The notes under the pieces: generated by a model | Databases searched by the model: none | Told to the model about the DNA's origin: nothing | What the model saw: only the letters and a program-made list of their open reading frames with translations | Source of the DNA: an uncultured Marivita sp. | Lineage (GTDB): Bacteria; Pseudomonadota; Alphaproteobacteria; Rhodobacterales; Rhodobacteraceae | Assembly (NCBI RefSeq): GCF_947488135.1 | Contig: NZ_CANKYW010000011.1 | Span: forward strand, 2,206-66,205 | DNA length: 64,000 bases | Direction of reading: 5' to 3' | Program-made: the position numbers and the translations under genes | Shown: positions 8,166 to 16,515 of the stretch, piece by piece | Layout of the letters: the number at the start of each line of letters is the position of its first letter | Position numbering within the stretch: position 1 is the stretch's first letter

Positions 8166-9095
8166 TCACTTCTCCGCAGACCTCTTCGCCGGGTCAGCAA
8201 CCCGCATGACCGTCAGGCCTTTTGCCTCCGCCTTCTGCCCGAGGTTCAGCGCGACTCCGTTGCCGCCAAAGAGTACAACCCCCGTCGCCGCGAACTTGTC
8301 GTCCAGCATTTCGTCATTGCACTTGAACGGTGCCGCCCGCCCGTGCGCGGACCAGCGCGGATCGAAGCGCGCCTGTGCTATCCCGCGTGCCCGGGCCCAC
8401 CGAGCCGCGATCATCTCCGCGCCGTGCTTGCCACCCTTGTGGCAGAGGAAGATCTCCTGGTTGCGGTTCTGCTTGATCCGTTCGCGAACCTTGTCGAGCG
8501 TGTTGAAGATCACATCGACATCGGTCCAGTCGGTTGCGCCCGAGACGATCAGGGGCACGCCCTCGACTTTCGACTTCTCGGCGGTTTCCCGGTCGTGCTG
8601 CTCGAGAAGCTGCTGCGCCTCGAAGACAGCGCCTGTCTCCTGCGCCCGGACGCTTGCGCGCGACCCGGCTGCCGGGATGAAGGCGTGGCCCGTCTCGATC
8701 TCGTAGCATTCCGCCGCTGCCTCGCTCATCACCTCGATGGCGCCGTCGATCTCGCGCAGCTGCAGAAAGCGCGCCTGCGCCTCTTCGAGCGCGGTCTCGG
8801 CGATCTCCGATCCGTCATGGGATTTTGCCAGCGCGCCGATTTTGTCGGCGGTGCGGTCGATCTCCTTGCCAAGTGCCACCTTGCGGCGCTGTAGGATCGT
8901 GGCGAGCCCATGGGCCAGCGGTTCGATTTCGCCTTCAAGGCCGGTCGCGCGCAGCGGACCGAGCAAAGCCTCGAAGCTCTCGCGGATGATGCGGTCGGTC
9001 AGGATGTGATCCTCGGGGATCGGCAGCTGTGCGTCCTTCTCGGTCAGTCCGAAAAGCTCAATGGTCTCGTAGGTGTTTGCGGTGTCGTAAGCCAT
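8166..9095 (-). CDS. DUF2493/SLOG-domain protein with unassigned N-terminal half
   Basis: C-terminal CHKGGKHGAEMIAARWARARGI...VVLFGGNGVALNLGQKA fits the DUF2493 (SLOG) fold. ATG 9095 has a GGAGA RBS. The track ORF extends to 9146. Confidence 0.6.
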   Translation of the reverse strand: MAYDTANTYETIELFGLTEKDAQLPIPEDHILTDRIIRESFEALLGPLRATGLEGEIEPLAHGLATILQRRKVALGKEIDRTADKIGALAKSHDGSEIAETALEEAQARFLQLREIDGAIEVMSEAAAECYEIETGHAFIPAAGSRASVRAQETGAVFEAQQLLEQHDRETAEKSKVEGVPLIVSGATDWTDVDVIFNTLDKVRERIKQNRNQEIFLCHKGGKHGAEMIAARWARARGIAQARFDPRWSAHGRAAPFKCNDEMLDDKFAATGVVLFGGNGVALNLGQKAEAKGLTVMRVADPAKRSAEK

Positions 9096-9914
9096 GTCTG
9101 GTCTCCAGTGTTCGGTTCCAAGGCCACCACGTGAGTGTGGGGGCATGGCCGAATGCCTGGTTTCCGAATCTGCACGGGTCAGGGACGGCGCAGCCGCCGG
9201 CTTGCCGGGCGCAAAAGTTTTCCGCGCGCAGCATCTGACACTTGCGCGCCCTCACGCACGAGACCGCCCCGCGCCACAGACCCCGCCCTCGCCGAAAAGT
9301 TTTGCGATCCTTGACGCGGGCTGATTTGGGGGCCATCCGGAGGATATGCTTCCACGCTCATGTGTGTGTGTTTAGACGGTAGGTTTGCCCGACCCGAGCA
9401 GGCAAACGGCCCGACCGGACGCGGGAGACGGATGAAGCGGCGGGATCGTTTTGCTCCGCAAAACAGACCTGAGCGCAATCCGGCGGAGCGGCCAGGGAGA
9501 GACGTGCTCGCGAGGCGGGCAAACCGGGATGCCAGGCGCAACGCCGCGGTGAGGCCGCATGGCCGAATGCGCGACGGACCGAAGGGCCGTTCTCCCCTGC
9601 GACACGCGCAGCCGAGCTGGGGAGCCGCAAGGCTCCGGCCAAGGTTGATGTGCGGGCGACGCCGCTGCCGACTATAGGTATTGCTTGTCCGGGCATTCGA
9701 CTTAAAGGGCGGGCGGACGTTCGCTGCGGCAGCGAAAATAGTGAAGCAGGTCAAGAAAACCGGACGTTTGCCGTAAGATTTCGAACTGATTGATGCGCCC
9801 TCAGCCTTTCTCGACACCGTGGCATTCCAACCCGGCTTTATCCAAATCAAGCGTCAAATTCGGTAGCGCTCGTCGCAATACTCGGCTACGATTTTACGAA
9901 AAGCAGGTGGTTGC

Positions 9915-10901
9915 ATGGCACGCGGAGAACTGATGAAAAAGCTGTTGTCGAGCTACGGGCGCGACGATGAATTCCGTGGTGTTGTCGAACAGATCATCTC
10001 CGAAGAGGAAAAAAAGAACAACCGAGTGCTAGCACGGTCACTGCGCAAGGCACTGGATGGACTGACGACACACCCGCAAGCCAAGGGTCTTTCTCCTTTG
10101 GTGCCGTTCCCAGACGAGGCCGGAGAGTTCATCCAGCGGATCGAACCCGTTCATACGCCCGATGACATCATCCTGACTCACGATAACATTGAGCTCTTCA
10201 CTGGGCTACTGGATGAATTCCGAAAGTCCGAAACGATCAAGCGCCACGGGCTTCCCGTGCGTTCCAAACTACTGTTCTGCGGGCCACCTGGAACGGGCAA
10301 GACATTGTGTGCTGAGGTTTTCGCCGGCCAGCTGGGATTGCCGTTTTTCTTTGTCAAACTGGACAGCCTCATCTCTTCATTTTTGGGCGAGACTGCCACC
10401 AATATTCGCAAGACCTTTGAGTTTGCACGCCGCCAGCCATGCGTACTTTTTTTCGATGAATTTGACGCGATTGCGCGGTCGCGGGAAGAAGGCAACGATC
10501 ACAGTGAACTGAGACGCGTGGTCAACAGTCTTCTGATCTTCATCGATCAGATACAGCCAGGTGGCTTTCTGATTGCCGCCACCAACCTGGACGCTCACCT
10601 TGATCCCGCCATATGGCGACGCTTCGATGAAGTAGTATGGTTTGACCATCCCGACGAAGCAATGGTCCGCAGGTATCTCACCAATGCGCTGAAAAACACC
10701 GAAACGGAGTTCGAAGCAGAGGATTTCGTTCAGAGCCTAGCTGATTATTCCTATGCCGAGCTTGAAAAAATTTGCAACCAGGCCAAGAAAATTTCTCTTC
10801 TTGATCGCCGAAAAAGCATTTCAAAGAAAGACTTTCGTGATGCCATCCGTTACGCTGAACGCCGCAGGATGCGTTTAAGGAAATTATCGAACAACCAGTG
10901 A
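9915..10901 (+). CDS. ietA: Classic-clade AAA+ ATPase, IetA-like
   Basis: 328 aa in an AT-richer islet. Walker A GPPGTGKT (nt 10281-10304), Walker B VLFFDEFD, sensor-1 AATN, RRFD arginines. About 110 aa of the N-terminal domain is unassigned. Confidence 0.75.
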   Translation: MARGELMKKLLSSYGRDDEFRGVVEQIISEEEKKNNRVLARSLRKALDGLTTHPQAKGLSPLVPFPDEAGEFIQRIEPVHTPDDIILTHDNIELFTGLLDEFRKSETIKRHGLPVRSKLLFCGPPGTGKTLCAEVFAGQLGLPFFFVKLDSLISSFLGETATNIRKTFEFARRQPCVLFFDEFDAIARSREEGNDHSELRRVVNSLLIFIDQIQPGGFLIAATNLDAHLDPAIWRRFDEVVWFDHPDEAMVRRYLTNALKNTETEFEAEDFVQSLADYSYAELEKICNQAKKISLLDRRKSISKKDFRDAIRYAERRRMRLRKLSNNQ

Positions 10902-13240
10902 GGCCACTGTTGGCACAATACGATCATCTGCAACTGGTCAGAGCGAAAGAGCCTTTTGCACGCCGAAAAGACGGCAGACCCGGTCCAGCGCCCAAGCCGG
11001 GAAAGGGTCACGGAGGGCAAATACGGCGCGAAGCCGATGATGCGGTCGCACGTCAACGCGCCATCCGCCCTCCCCAATTTGTCGATCCATCCCTGATTCT
11101 GAAAGTCCACATGCATGGACTGGCCATGGTGGGAGACTGGGAACAGCTTGGACTCACGTTGTTAAATACAGACGATGACAACAATATCGTCTTGTTTTCT
11201 TCAACAGATGAACTGAGCGATTTTCGCAATAGGCTGGATGCCTATGAGGGACCAACATCTGCAGGTCAGAAGAATCCGAGCTACTCCGGTTTTATCAACC
11301 GTATCGGTAGTATTAGCACACTGGAGCCGCGCGACCGTCTCGGGATCAGGATCAAAGAAGCCGGTTTTACGGAGGTTTCTGATCTTCAAGACGGCCAAGA
11401 GTACATACTCGATGTCGAACTTTGGGAGTTCGGGACGCAGGCTGCGCGTCGTCGAAAGGCAGAAGAAATCATCGCGTTCATTGAGGAGCAGGGTGGAGAG
11501 CCATACGACCACTATTCTGGGCCATCTATCACGATGATCCGGGTCAAGGCTTCAGGGCAGTCCATCAGACCGATTTTTTCTGTTCCTGAAGTAGCTTTTA
11601 TTGACCTTCCACCGGAGCCGGACATCGAAGCCAATCAGATCGTCCAGTTCGCGCTAGATGATGTTCCGCCCGTTGCGCCTCTTGACCCTGATCTGCCAAT
11701 CATTGCTGTGTTGGATACGGGCGTGAACGATCATCCATTCCTCGCGGATGCGATCGTCGCGCGCGAGGCCTTTCCCAGCGAGCTCGGTGAAGCAGATATT
11801 GCCGGACACGGGACGGCAGTGGCCGGTGTTGCCGCGCTTGGTGATTTAAGGTCGCAGCTCGACGGAACCTCTTTGCAACGTGTGGCGAGAATTATCTCGG
11901 CAAAGGTGGTAACGGACGAGCGGAAGTTTTTTGATCGTCGGACGCTGCCGAGCCAGATGAGACAAACGATCCAGAGCCTAAATGCAAGTCATGGATGCCG
12001 GATATTCGTGATCTCTCTCGGCGACACGAAGGCTAACTTTGAGCAAGGACGCGTTGGTCCTTGGGCAACGACGCTGGATGAGTTGGCACGTGAGTTGAAC
12101 GTCCTGATCTTTGTGTCAGCGGGAAACCGGCCCCCTCGTGGCGGTACATCAGTTGAGCAAGGCGTGACCCAATATCCGGGCTATCTCCTTGAAGTCGCAA
12201 ACCGTGTATGTGAACCTGCTGGAGGCGCAAACATCGTGACGGTTGGTGCATTGGCTCATGCAAACGGCATTGGCCCTCAGCATGAATTTGATGCGCATAT
12301 TCAGCCCATCACCGAGCGAGATGAACCTGCACCTTTCACGCGCACTGGCCCAGGCGCCGGAGGCATGACCAAACCTGATTTCGTCGACTATGGCGGGACA
12401 ATGGTTTTTGATGCCGTGGCGAGGCGTTTGCAGACGGCCCCTCATCTGGCGACGGCAGGCCTGATTACAACAAACCACGATTTCTTGCGTCAATTGCTTA
12501 CAAGCAAAAGCGGCACGTCTTTCGCCGCACCGATGTTAGCGAACAGGGCTGCGCAGTTGGTCAGACGTTTCCCCGGGGCATCAGCCAATCTGATCAAAGC
12601 GCTTCTGGCGAATTCCGCGACTGTTCCAGAGGCTACCACTCGACGACTGTTGGCTCTTGATGCGCGTGATCATTCAAGAGTCCATGGTATTGGCCTCGTC
12701 GACACCTTGCGTGCGGCCTACTCGGATGATCACCGCGTTGTTTACTTCGTGGAAGACAGTCTGGAACTGGACCATTTCGCAGTCTATCGGGTGCCAATAC
12801 CGATTGAGTTTCAGACAGGAGGAAAACGCACTATTCGGGTTTCTCTGGCGTATGATCCTCCGGTGAAAAGAACCCGCGCAGAGTATATCGGCACGCGTAT
12901 GAATTTTCGCCTTATTCGGGGCTGCCCGGTCGATCACGTCTTCGAGTATTTTCGCTCGCGGGTGGGAGAGGGAACGGATCCCCCAGAGATGGCGGGAAAA
13001 TATGATTGTGATCTGGTGCCCAAGAAGAACGCTCGCGACAAAAACACAATCCAAAGCGCCTCGATATCGTTCTCAGCCGACACAACACAATATGGCGGTG
13101 AATATCATCTGGTAGTACGTTGCGTGGGTGGCTGGGCTATGGATCAGGAGATCCGTCAAAACTTCGCGCTGGTAGTCGAACTGGAGCACCATGCTCAAGT
13201 GCAGCTGTATGCAAGGCTACGGCCGAGATTGCGGACCTGA
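10898..13240 (+). CDS. ietS: Cytoplasmic S8 (subtilisin-family) serine protease, IetS-like
   Basis: 780 aa. Catalytic residues: VLDTGV (D273, nt 11714), GHGTAVAG (H304, nt 11807), SAGN (N410), SGTSFAAP (S541, nt 12518). No signal peptide. GTG start overlaps the ietA-like stop as GTGA; an alternative ATG lies at 11111. Confidence 0.75.
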   Translation: MRPLLAQYDHLQLVRAKEPFARRKDGRPGPAPKPGKGHGGQIRREADDAVARQRAIRPPQFVDPSLILKVHMHGLAMVGDWEQLGLTLLNTDDDNNIVLFSSTDELSDFRNRLDAYEGPTSAGQKNPSYSGFINRIGSISTLEPRDRLGIRIKEAGFTEVSDLQDGQEYILDVELWEFGTQAARRRKAEEIIAFIEEQGGEPYDHYSGPSITMIRVKASGQSIRPIFSVPEVAFIDLPPEPDIEANQIVQFALDDVPPVAPLDPDLPIIAVLDTGVNDHPFLADAIVAREAFPSELGEADIAGHGTAVAGVAALGDLRSQLDGTSLQRVARIISAKVVTDERKFFDRRTLPSQMRQTIQSLNASHGCRIFVISLGDTKANFEQGRVGPWATTLDELARELNVLIFVSAGNRPPRGGTSVEQGVTQYPGYLLEVANRVCEPAGGANIVTVGALAHANGIGPQHEFDAHIQPITERDEPAPFTRTGPGAGGMTKPDFVDYGGTMVFDAVARRLQTAPHLATAGLITTNHDFLRQLLTSKSGTSFAAPMLANRAAQLVRRFPGASANLIKALLANSATVPEATTRRLLALDARDHSRVHGIGLVDTLRAAYSDDHRVVYFVEDSLELDHFAVYRVPIPIEFQTGGKRTIRVSLAYDPPVKRTRAEYIGTRMNFRLIRGCPVDHVFEYFRSRVGEGTDPPEMAGKYDCDLVPKKNARDKNTIQSASISFSADTTQYGGEYHLVVRCVGGWAMDQEIRQNFALVVELEHHAQVQLYARLRPRLRT

Positions 13241-13374
13241 AGACCCCGACATTTTCTAGCAATTGTTGCGCGTCTATCGGTAATCTTCGGACTAACAAAC
13301 GTCAGCTTCGAGCAAGCCGCGCTGCGGCGAACTTTGCGCTCATCGAACGGCCGGAATCGGCCGAGTGTACGGCT

Positions 13375-13975
13375 TCAGTCCAGATCGACGCTGCCGAGGC
13401 GCGGCACATGGACATGCGTCCGGACAAGGACTGCAGCTGCAGCGCCCGCGATGGCGCCGAAGAGATGCGCCTCCCACGAGACGCCGGGTTGGCTCGGAAG
13501 AACGCCCCAGAGAATGGAGCCATAGAGGACACCGACACCCAGTGCCGCGCCCAGCGTGATCGGGGAGCGATCCACAAGACCGCGCGCGATGAGGAAGCCG
13601 AACCAGCCGAAGACCAGCCCTGACGCTCCGATATGGATGGCGGAGCTTCCGAACAGCCAGACAAGACCGCCGCCGAGGCCGATCACCACGGCGTTCACCG
13701 GCAGCAAAGCTCGCGTGGTCGTTGCCACCAGCAGCCCCCCCCATCACCAATAGCGGCGGCGTATTGGCCATCAGTTGCGAGAAGCTGCCATGCAGGAGGG
13801 GCATAGCGATGACACCATCCAACCCGCTGCCGTGCCTGGGGATCAGGCCGAAGGCCGGGTTCAGGCCGTAGCCGGTGATCCAATTGACAACCTGAACCGC
13901 CCAGAGCAGCGCGACAAAGGCTGCAAGCGCCGCGGTGCGCCGGAAGAAGACGCGCATGTGATCCCGGTTCATCAT
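13375..13975 (-). pseudogene. Rhomboid-family intramembrane serine protease, frameshifted in a G8 run
   Basis: The upstream frame carries [12 protein letters not shown]. The downstream frame carries GASGLVFG (Ser) and HLFGAIAG (His). The frames join if one G is removed from the C8/G8 run at 13735-13742 (..VMGGLLVATTTRALL..). Confidence 0.7.
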
Positions 13976-14105
13976 GTTGGCGACAGTAGTCGTCCCCACA
14001 GCGCCTTCAACGGCTTTCGCGCGCTGCACAGGGTGCCACCTCCGGGAAAGGGGGTTCGCGGCGGCCAACCTCGGTAGGGCTCAAGCCAAGAGAATGGCTC
14101 CGATC

Positions 14106-14642
14106 TTACACGGTGTTCCCAGGCCGCAGCGGCATGATTTCACGCTCGGGGCGCTTCAACGCTTCGGCATATTTGCGGGCATTGTCATCGATCGTGCTGT
14201 GCCAGAGCTTCGAGACGAACGCCTGGGCGTCTTGCACCGTCATGTCCTTCAGCGAAGAGGACAGCGCCATGAAGAGCTCATCCTCGCTGATCGCGGCGGC
14301 ATAGTGCATGGCGTCCGCGTAAAATGATGGATCGTTCAGAACCTGCTTGCTCAGGGGCATCCGCGCGAGGTTCTCTTCCGGGATCGCCATGAAGATCGTG
14401 TCCTGCAGGTCGGTCAGATAGGCGCGGCGCGATGTGGACACCGGCTTTCCCGCCGCCTTGGCCTCCAGATATGCCTGCCTTGTCCTGTCGAGCTTTGCCC
14501 TTGCATGGGTCATGATGACATCACGCTGTCGTTCAGGCAGCGCAAATCCGGTGCAACGCTCGATATGAGCAATAAGCTCTTCAACCTCGGCGTCTACATC
14601 AAAGCTCTCGAACCACGGAGCTTTTCCCAGTCTCGCTACCAT
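14106..14642 (-). CDS. Hypothetical protein
   Basis: 178 aa from ATG 14642 (track start 14660). Sequence looks coding and helical. No motif recognised. Confidence 0.5.
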   Translation of the reverse strand: MVARLGKAPWFESFDVDAEVEELIAHIERCTGFALPERQRDVIMTHARAKLDRTRQAYLEAKAAGKPVSTSRRAYLTDLQDTIFMAIPEENLARMPLSKQVLNDPSFYADAMHYAAAISEDELFMALSSSLKDMTVQDAQAFVSKLWHSTIDDNARKYAEALKRPEREIMPLRPGNTV

Positions 14643-14663
14643 GTGCCCACCCTCGACCATTCA

Positions 14664-14679
14664 ATAATATATTATCGTA
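14664..14679. promoter_or_regulatory. AT-rich box (12-bp perfect palindrome ATAATATATTAT plus shared TATATTATCGTA)
   Basis: Lies 22 nt upstream of ATG 14642. TATATTATCGTA (14668-14679) recurs as the reverse complement at 6963-6974. Confidence 0.35.
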
Positions 14680-14732
14680 TATCATATTCAGCAGATCGCA
14701 AGCAGATGTGTGCGTCGTGCAGCCAGACATGG

Positions 14733-14763
14733 AAAAAGGGGAACCGTGGTCCCACGGCTCCCC
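14733..14763 (-). terminator. Rho-independent terminator after the tandem-DUF736 gene
   Basis: Arms 14738-14749 and 14752-14763 (GGGGAACCGTGG / CCACGGCTCCCC, one mismatch) are followed on the minus strand by T5 (14733-14737). Lies 35 nt downstream of the stop at 14798. Confidence 0.65.
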
Positions 14764-14797
14764 TTTGGGCTCAGATCGTCTCCCCCTCGCGCGCCGA

Positions 14798-15526
14798 TTA
14801 GGCGACCAAGGACAGCCCCGTGCCTGCATCCTGCGGCTGCTCACCGCTGTCGATGAACGGGATGATCGAGAAGGTCTGCCCGCCGCGCTGCTCTTCGTTC
14901 TGCACGGCGTTGACGCGCAGGTCGCCATCGGGCGTGTTGATCAGCAGCGACAGATAGTCATTGCCCGTGCGGCTGCTTTTCGCCATCCAGGCCGAGCCGA
15001 CGCGGATCGGCGTGCCCCGGGGCGAGCTGACCTCGATCCGGTAATCGGGGTGGGTCTCCTCGGATTTGTAGCTGTTCTCGATCAGTATGAACTCCAGATC
15101 GAACATCATGTTGGCGATGTAGCCGGTGAAGGCGTTGTCAGCGTCCATGGCGGTGAGCTCGCCCGAGATCGAGCCGGATTTCATCAGGCCGTTCGAGACC
15201 AGCGGGATGATCTCGAACGCGCCGCTCTGGGCCGCGCGCGCCTCTTTCGTCTGCACCGCGTTGACCCGGAACGGGCCCAAGCCGACATCGATCTGCATCG
15301 AGATGTAGGGGTTGCCGCTGGTATTGCCGGTCTCGTTCCAGGCCGTGCCGATGCGCACCTTGCGGCCCGATTTGTTAATCGCCGTCACGTCGTAATCAGG
15401 GCTGCGTGCGGACATCTTCGGGCGGGTTTCAAGCTGGATGGCGACATCGAAGCGCGTCGAATGGATCATGCCGGTGTATTCGGCGGCTGCGGTTTCGGCA
15501 TTGCGGGTGAGGTTTCCTGCGAACAT
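14798..15526 (-). CDS. Protein with two tandem DUF736-like repeats
   Basis: 242 aa from ATG 15526 (AAGGA RBS). Repeats contain RIGTAWNETGNTSGNPYISMQID and RVGSAWMAKSSRTGNDYLSLLIN, each ending ..RVNAVQ. Confidence 0.6.
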   Translation of the reverse strand: MFAGNLTRNAETAAAEYTGMIHSTRFDVAIQLETRPKMSARSPDYDVTAINKSGRKVRIGTAWNETGNTSGNPYISMQIDVGLGPFRVNAVQTKEARAAQSGAFEIIPLVSNGLMKSGSISGELTAMDADNAFTGYIANMMFDLEFILIENSYKSEETHPDYRIEVSSPRGTPIRVGSAWMAKSSRTGNDYLSLLINTPDGDLRVNAVQNEEQRGGQTFSIIPFIDSGEQPQDAGTGLSLVA

Positions 15527-15650
15527 GGGATGGTTCCTTTTGGATTGGCCGGTGCCTGACGTCCTTGCCAGCGCATCCGGGATTGCTTTCTCGACCCCTT
15601 GAGGGATCACAAATCAGAAAGCTTGCTTTTCTTTCAGCCCCGCCAACTGG

Positions 15651-15953
15651 TCAGAGCTGCCGTCCGAGTGGGAATGCACCCGCGCCTCCGGGTGCTGCGC
15701 CCCTCCCCTGCCCGTCTGGTCTTGATTGGCTGCCCGGATTTTCTGCGGCGTCCTTCGATTGCGCGATGAAGAACTCCGCCTCTTTGCCATTCAACCGGTG
15801 CCCGCCCCGGTCGGTCAGGCCGATACAGCTGCCGTTCGGCACATAGGTGATGAGGTACTGACCGAGCCGGTCCTTGTGGACAACGTAGCCGGTATTGGCC
15901 CAGTGCACGGTCTGGCCGGCATCGACGGCGGCCTTGATGTCTTCGAGTATCAT
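15651..15953 (-). CDS. Hypothetical small protein
   Basis: 100 aa from ATG 15953 with a GAGGAGG RBS. No motif recognised. Confidence 0.5.
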   Translation of the reverse strand: MILEDIKAAVDAGQTVHWANTGYVVHKDRLGQYLITYVPNGSCIGLTDRGGHRLNGKEAEFFIAQSKDAAENPGSQSRPDGQGRGAAPGGAGAFPLGRQL

Positions 15954-16052
15954 GGGGTCCTCCTCAAGAAGAGTGGTGGGAAAAGATGCAAGAAGCCCGG
16001 TCGTCCAACCAGGCTTCCGTGCGGCATTCATTTGGCAAAAAGCCGGGTTCTG

Positions 16053-16514
16053 TCAGGCACCTTGCGTGGCTTGCATCGCGCGCGCAGCCATCCAATCCTT
16101 CAGGCCAAGAACCGTTCTTCCGGCGACGACCTCGGAGGCCCAGGCAAGCCTTGGGTCGCCGCAGGGCTCGGAGCCGGTGTGCCGGTCGATATGGCCGTTG
16201 GCCATCCATGGCTCGGGCTGGATCCGTCGCAGCCAGTCAGCCATGCTCGGGATGCGGCCCTGGCAGTCTTCACGGATATGCTGCTCGCCGATCCAGCGCA
16301 CGGGTATGTCCCGACCAGCGCTATTGGTCAGGGTCAGGCCGAAGACACGTTCGGCTTCAAACAGGCCTTGAGCATGATGGCGCATCGCTCGGTGCGTGAA
16401 GAGCGCGAGGTGCTCTTTCGAGGCATCGAACCAATCGTGGATCGCCTGATAGTCAGACGGCACCCCGCCGAATTTCCGGGCAGAGCTTTCAGCATGATGA
16501 AGCGGATGGGCCAT
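16053..16514 (-). CDS. Hypothetical protein
   Basis: 153 aa from ATG 16514, one nt after the upstream stop (16516). His-rich N-terminus MAHPLHHAE. No motif recognised. Confidence 0.55.
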   Translation of the reverse strand: MAHPLHHAESSARKFGGVPSDYQAIHDWFDASKEHLALFTHRAMRHHAQGLFEAERVFGLTLTNSAGRDIPVRWIGEQHIREDCQGRIPSMADWLRRIQPEPWMANGHIDRHTGSEPCGDPRLAWASEVVAGRTVLGLKDWMAARAMQATQGA

Positions 16515-16515
16515 C

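Noticed and set aside
9243-9255. TGCGCGCCCTCAC resembling the MOBQ/RSF1010-type nick core (GCGCCCT).
   Set aside because: The relaxase is VirD2-like (border-type nick), and the site is 2.3 kb from the relaxosome genes with no adjacent inverted repeat.
9143-9570. Exact 14-nt direct repeat GCATGGCCGAATGC (9143-9156 and 9557-9570) as an insertion or att signature.
   Set aside because: A few 14-mer coincidences are expected in 64 kb of biased composition. The repeats do not coincide with the compositional boundary of the islet.
9720-13330. CGCTGCGGC on both flanks of the IetAS-like islet as target-site duplication.
   Set aside because: It is only a 9-mer of common GC-rich composition, expected many times by chance. 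No integrase or inverted repeats are associated.
13340-14068. 242-aa ORF taken as an intact gene.
   Set aside because: Only its first ~110 codons look like rhomboid. The rest is out-of-frame read-through after the G8 run. It was re-interpreted as a frameshifted rhomboid gene.
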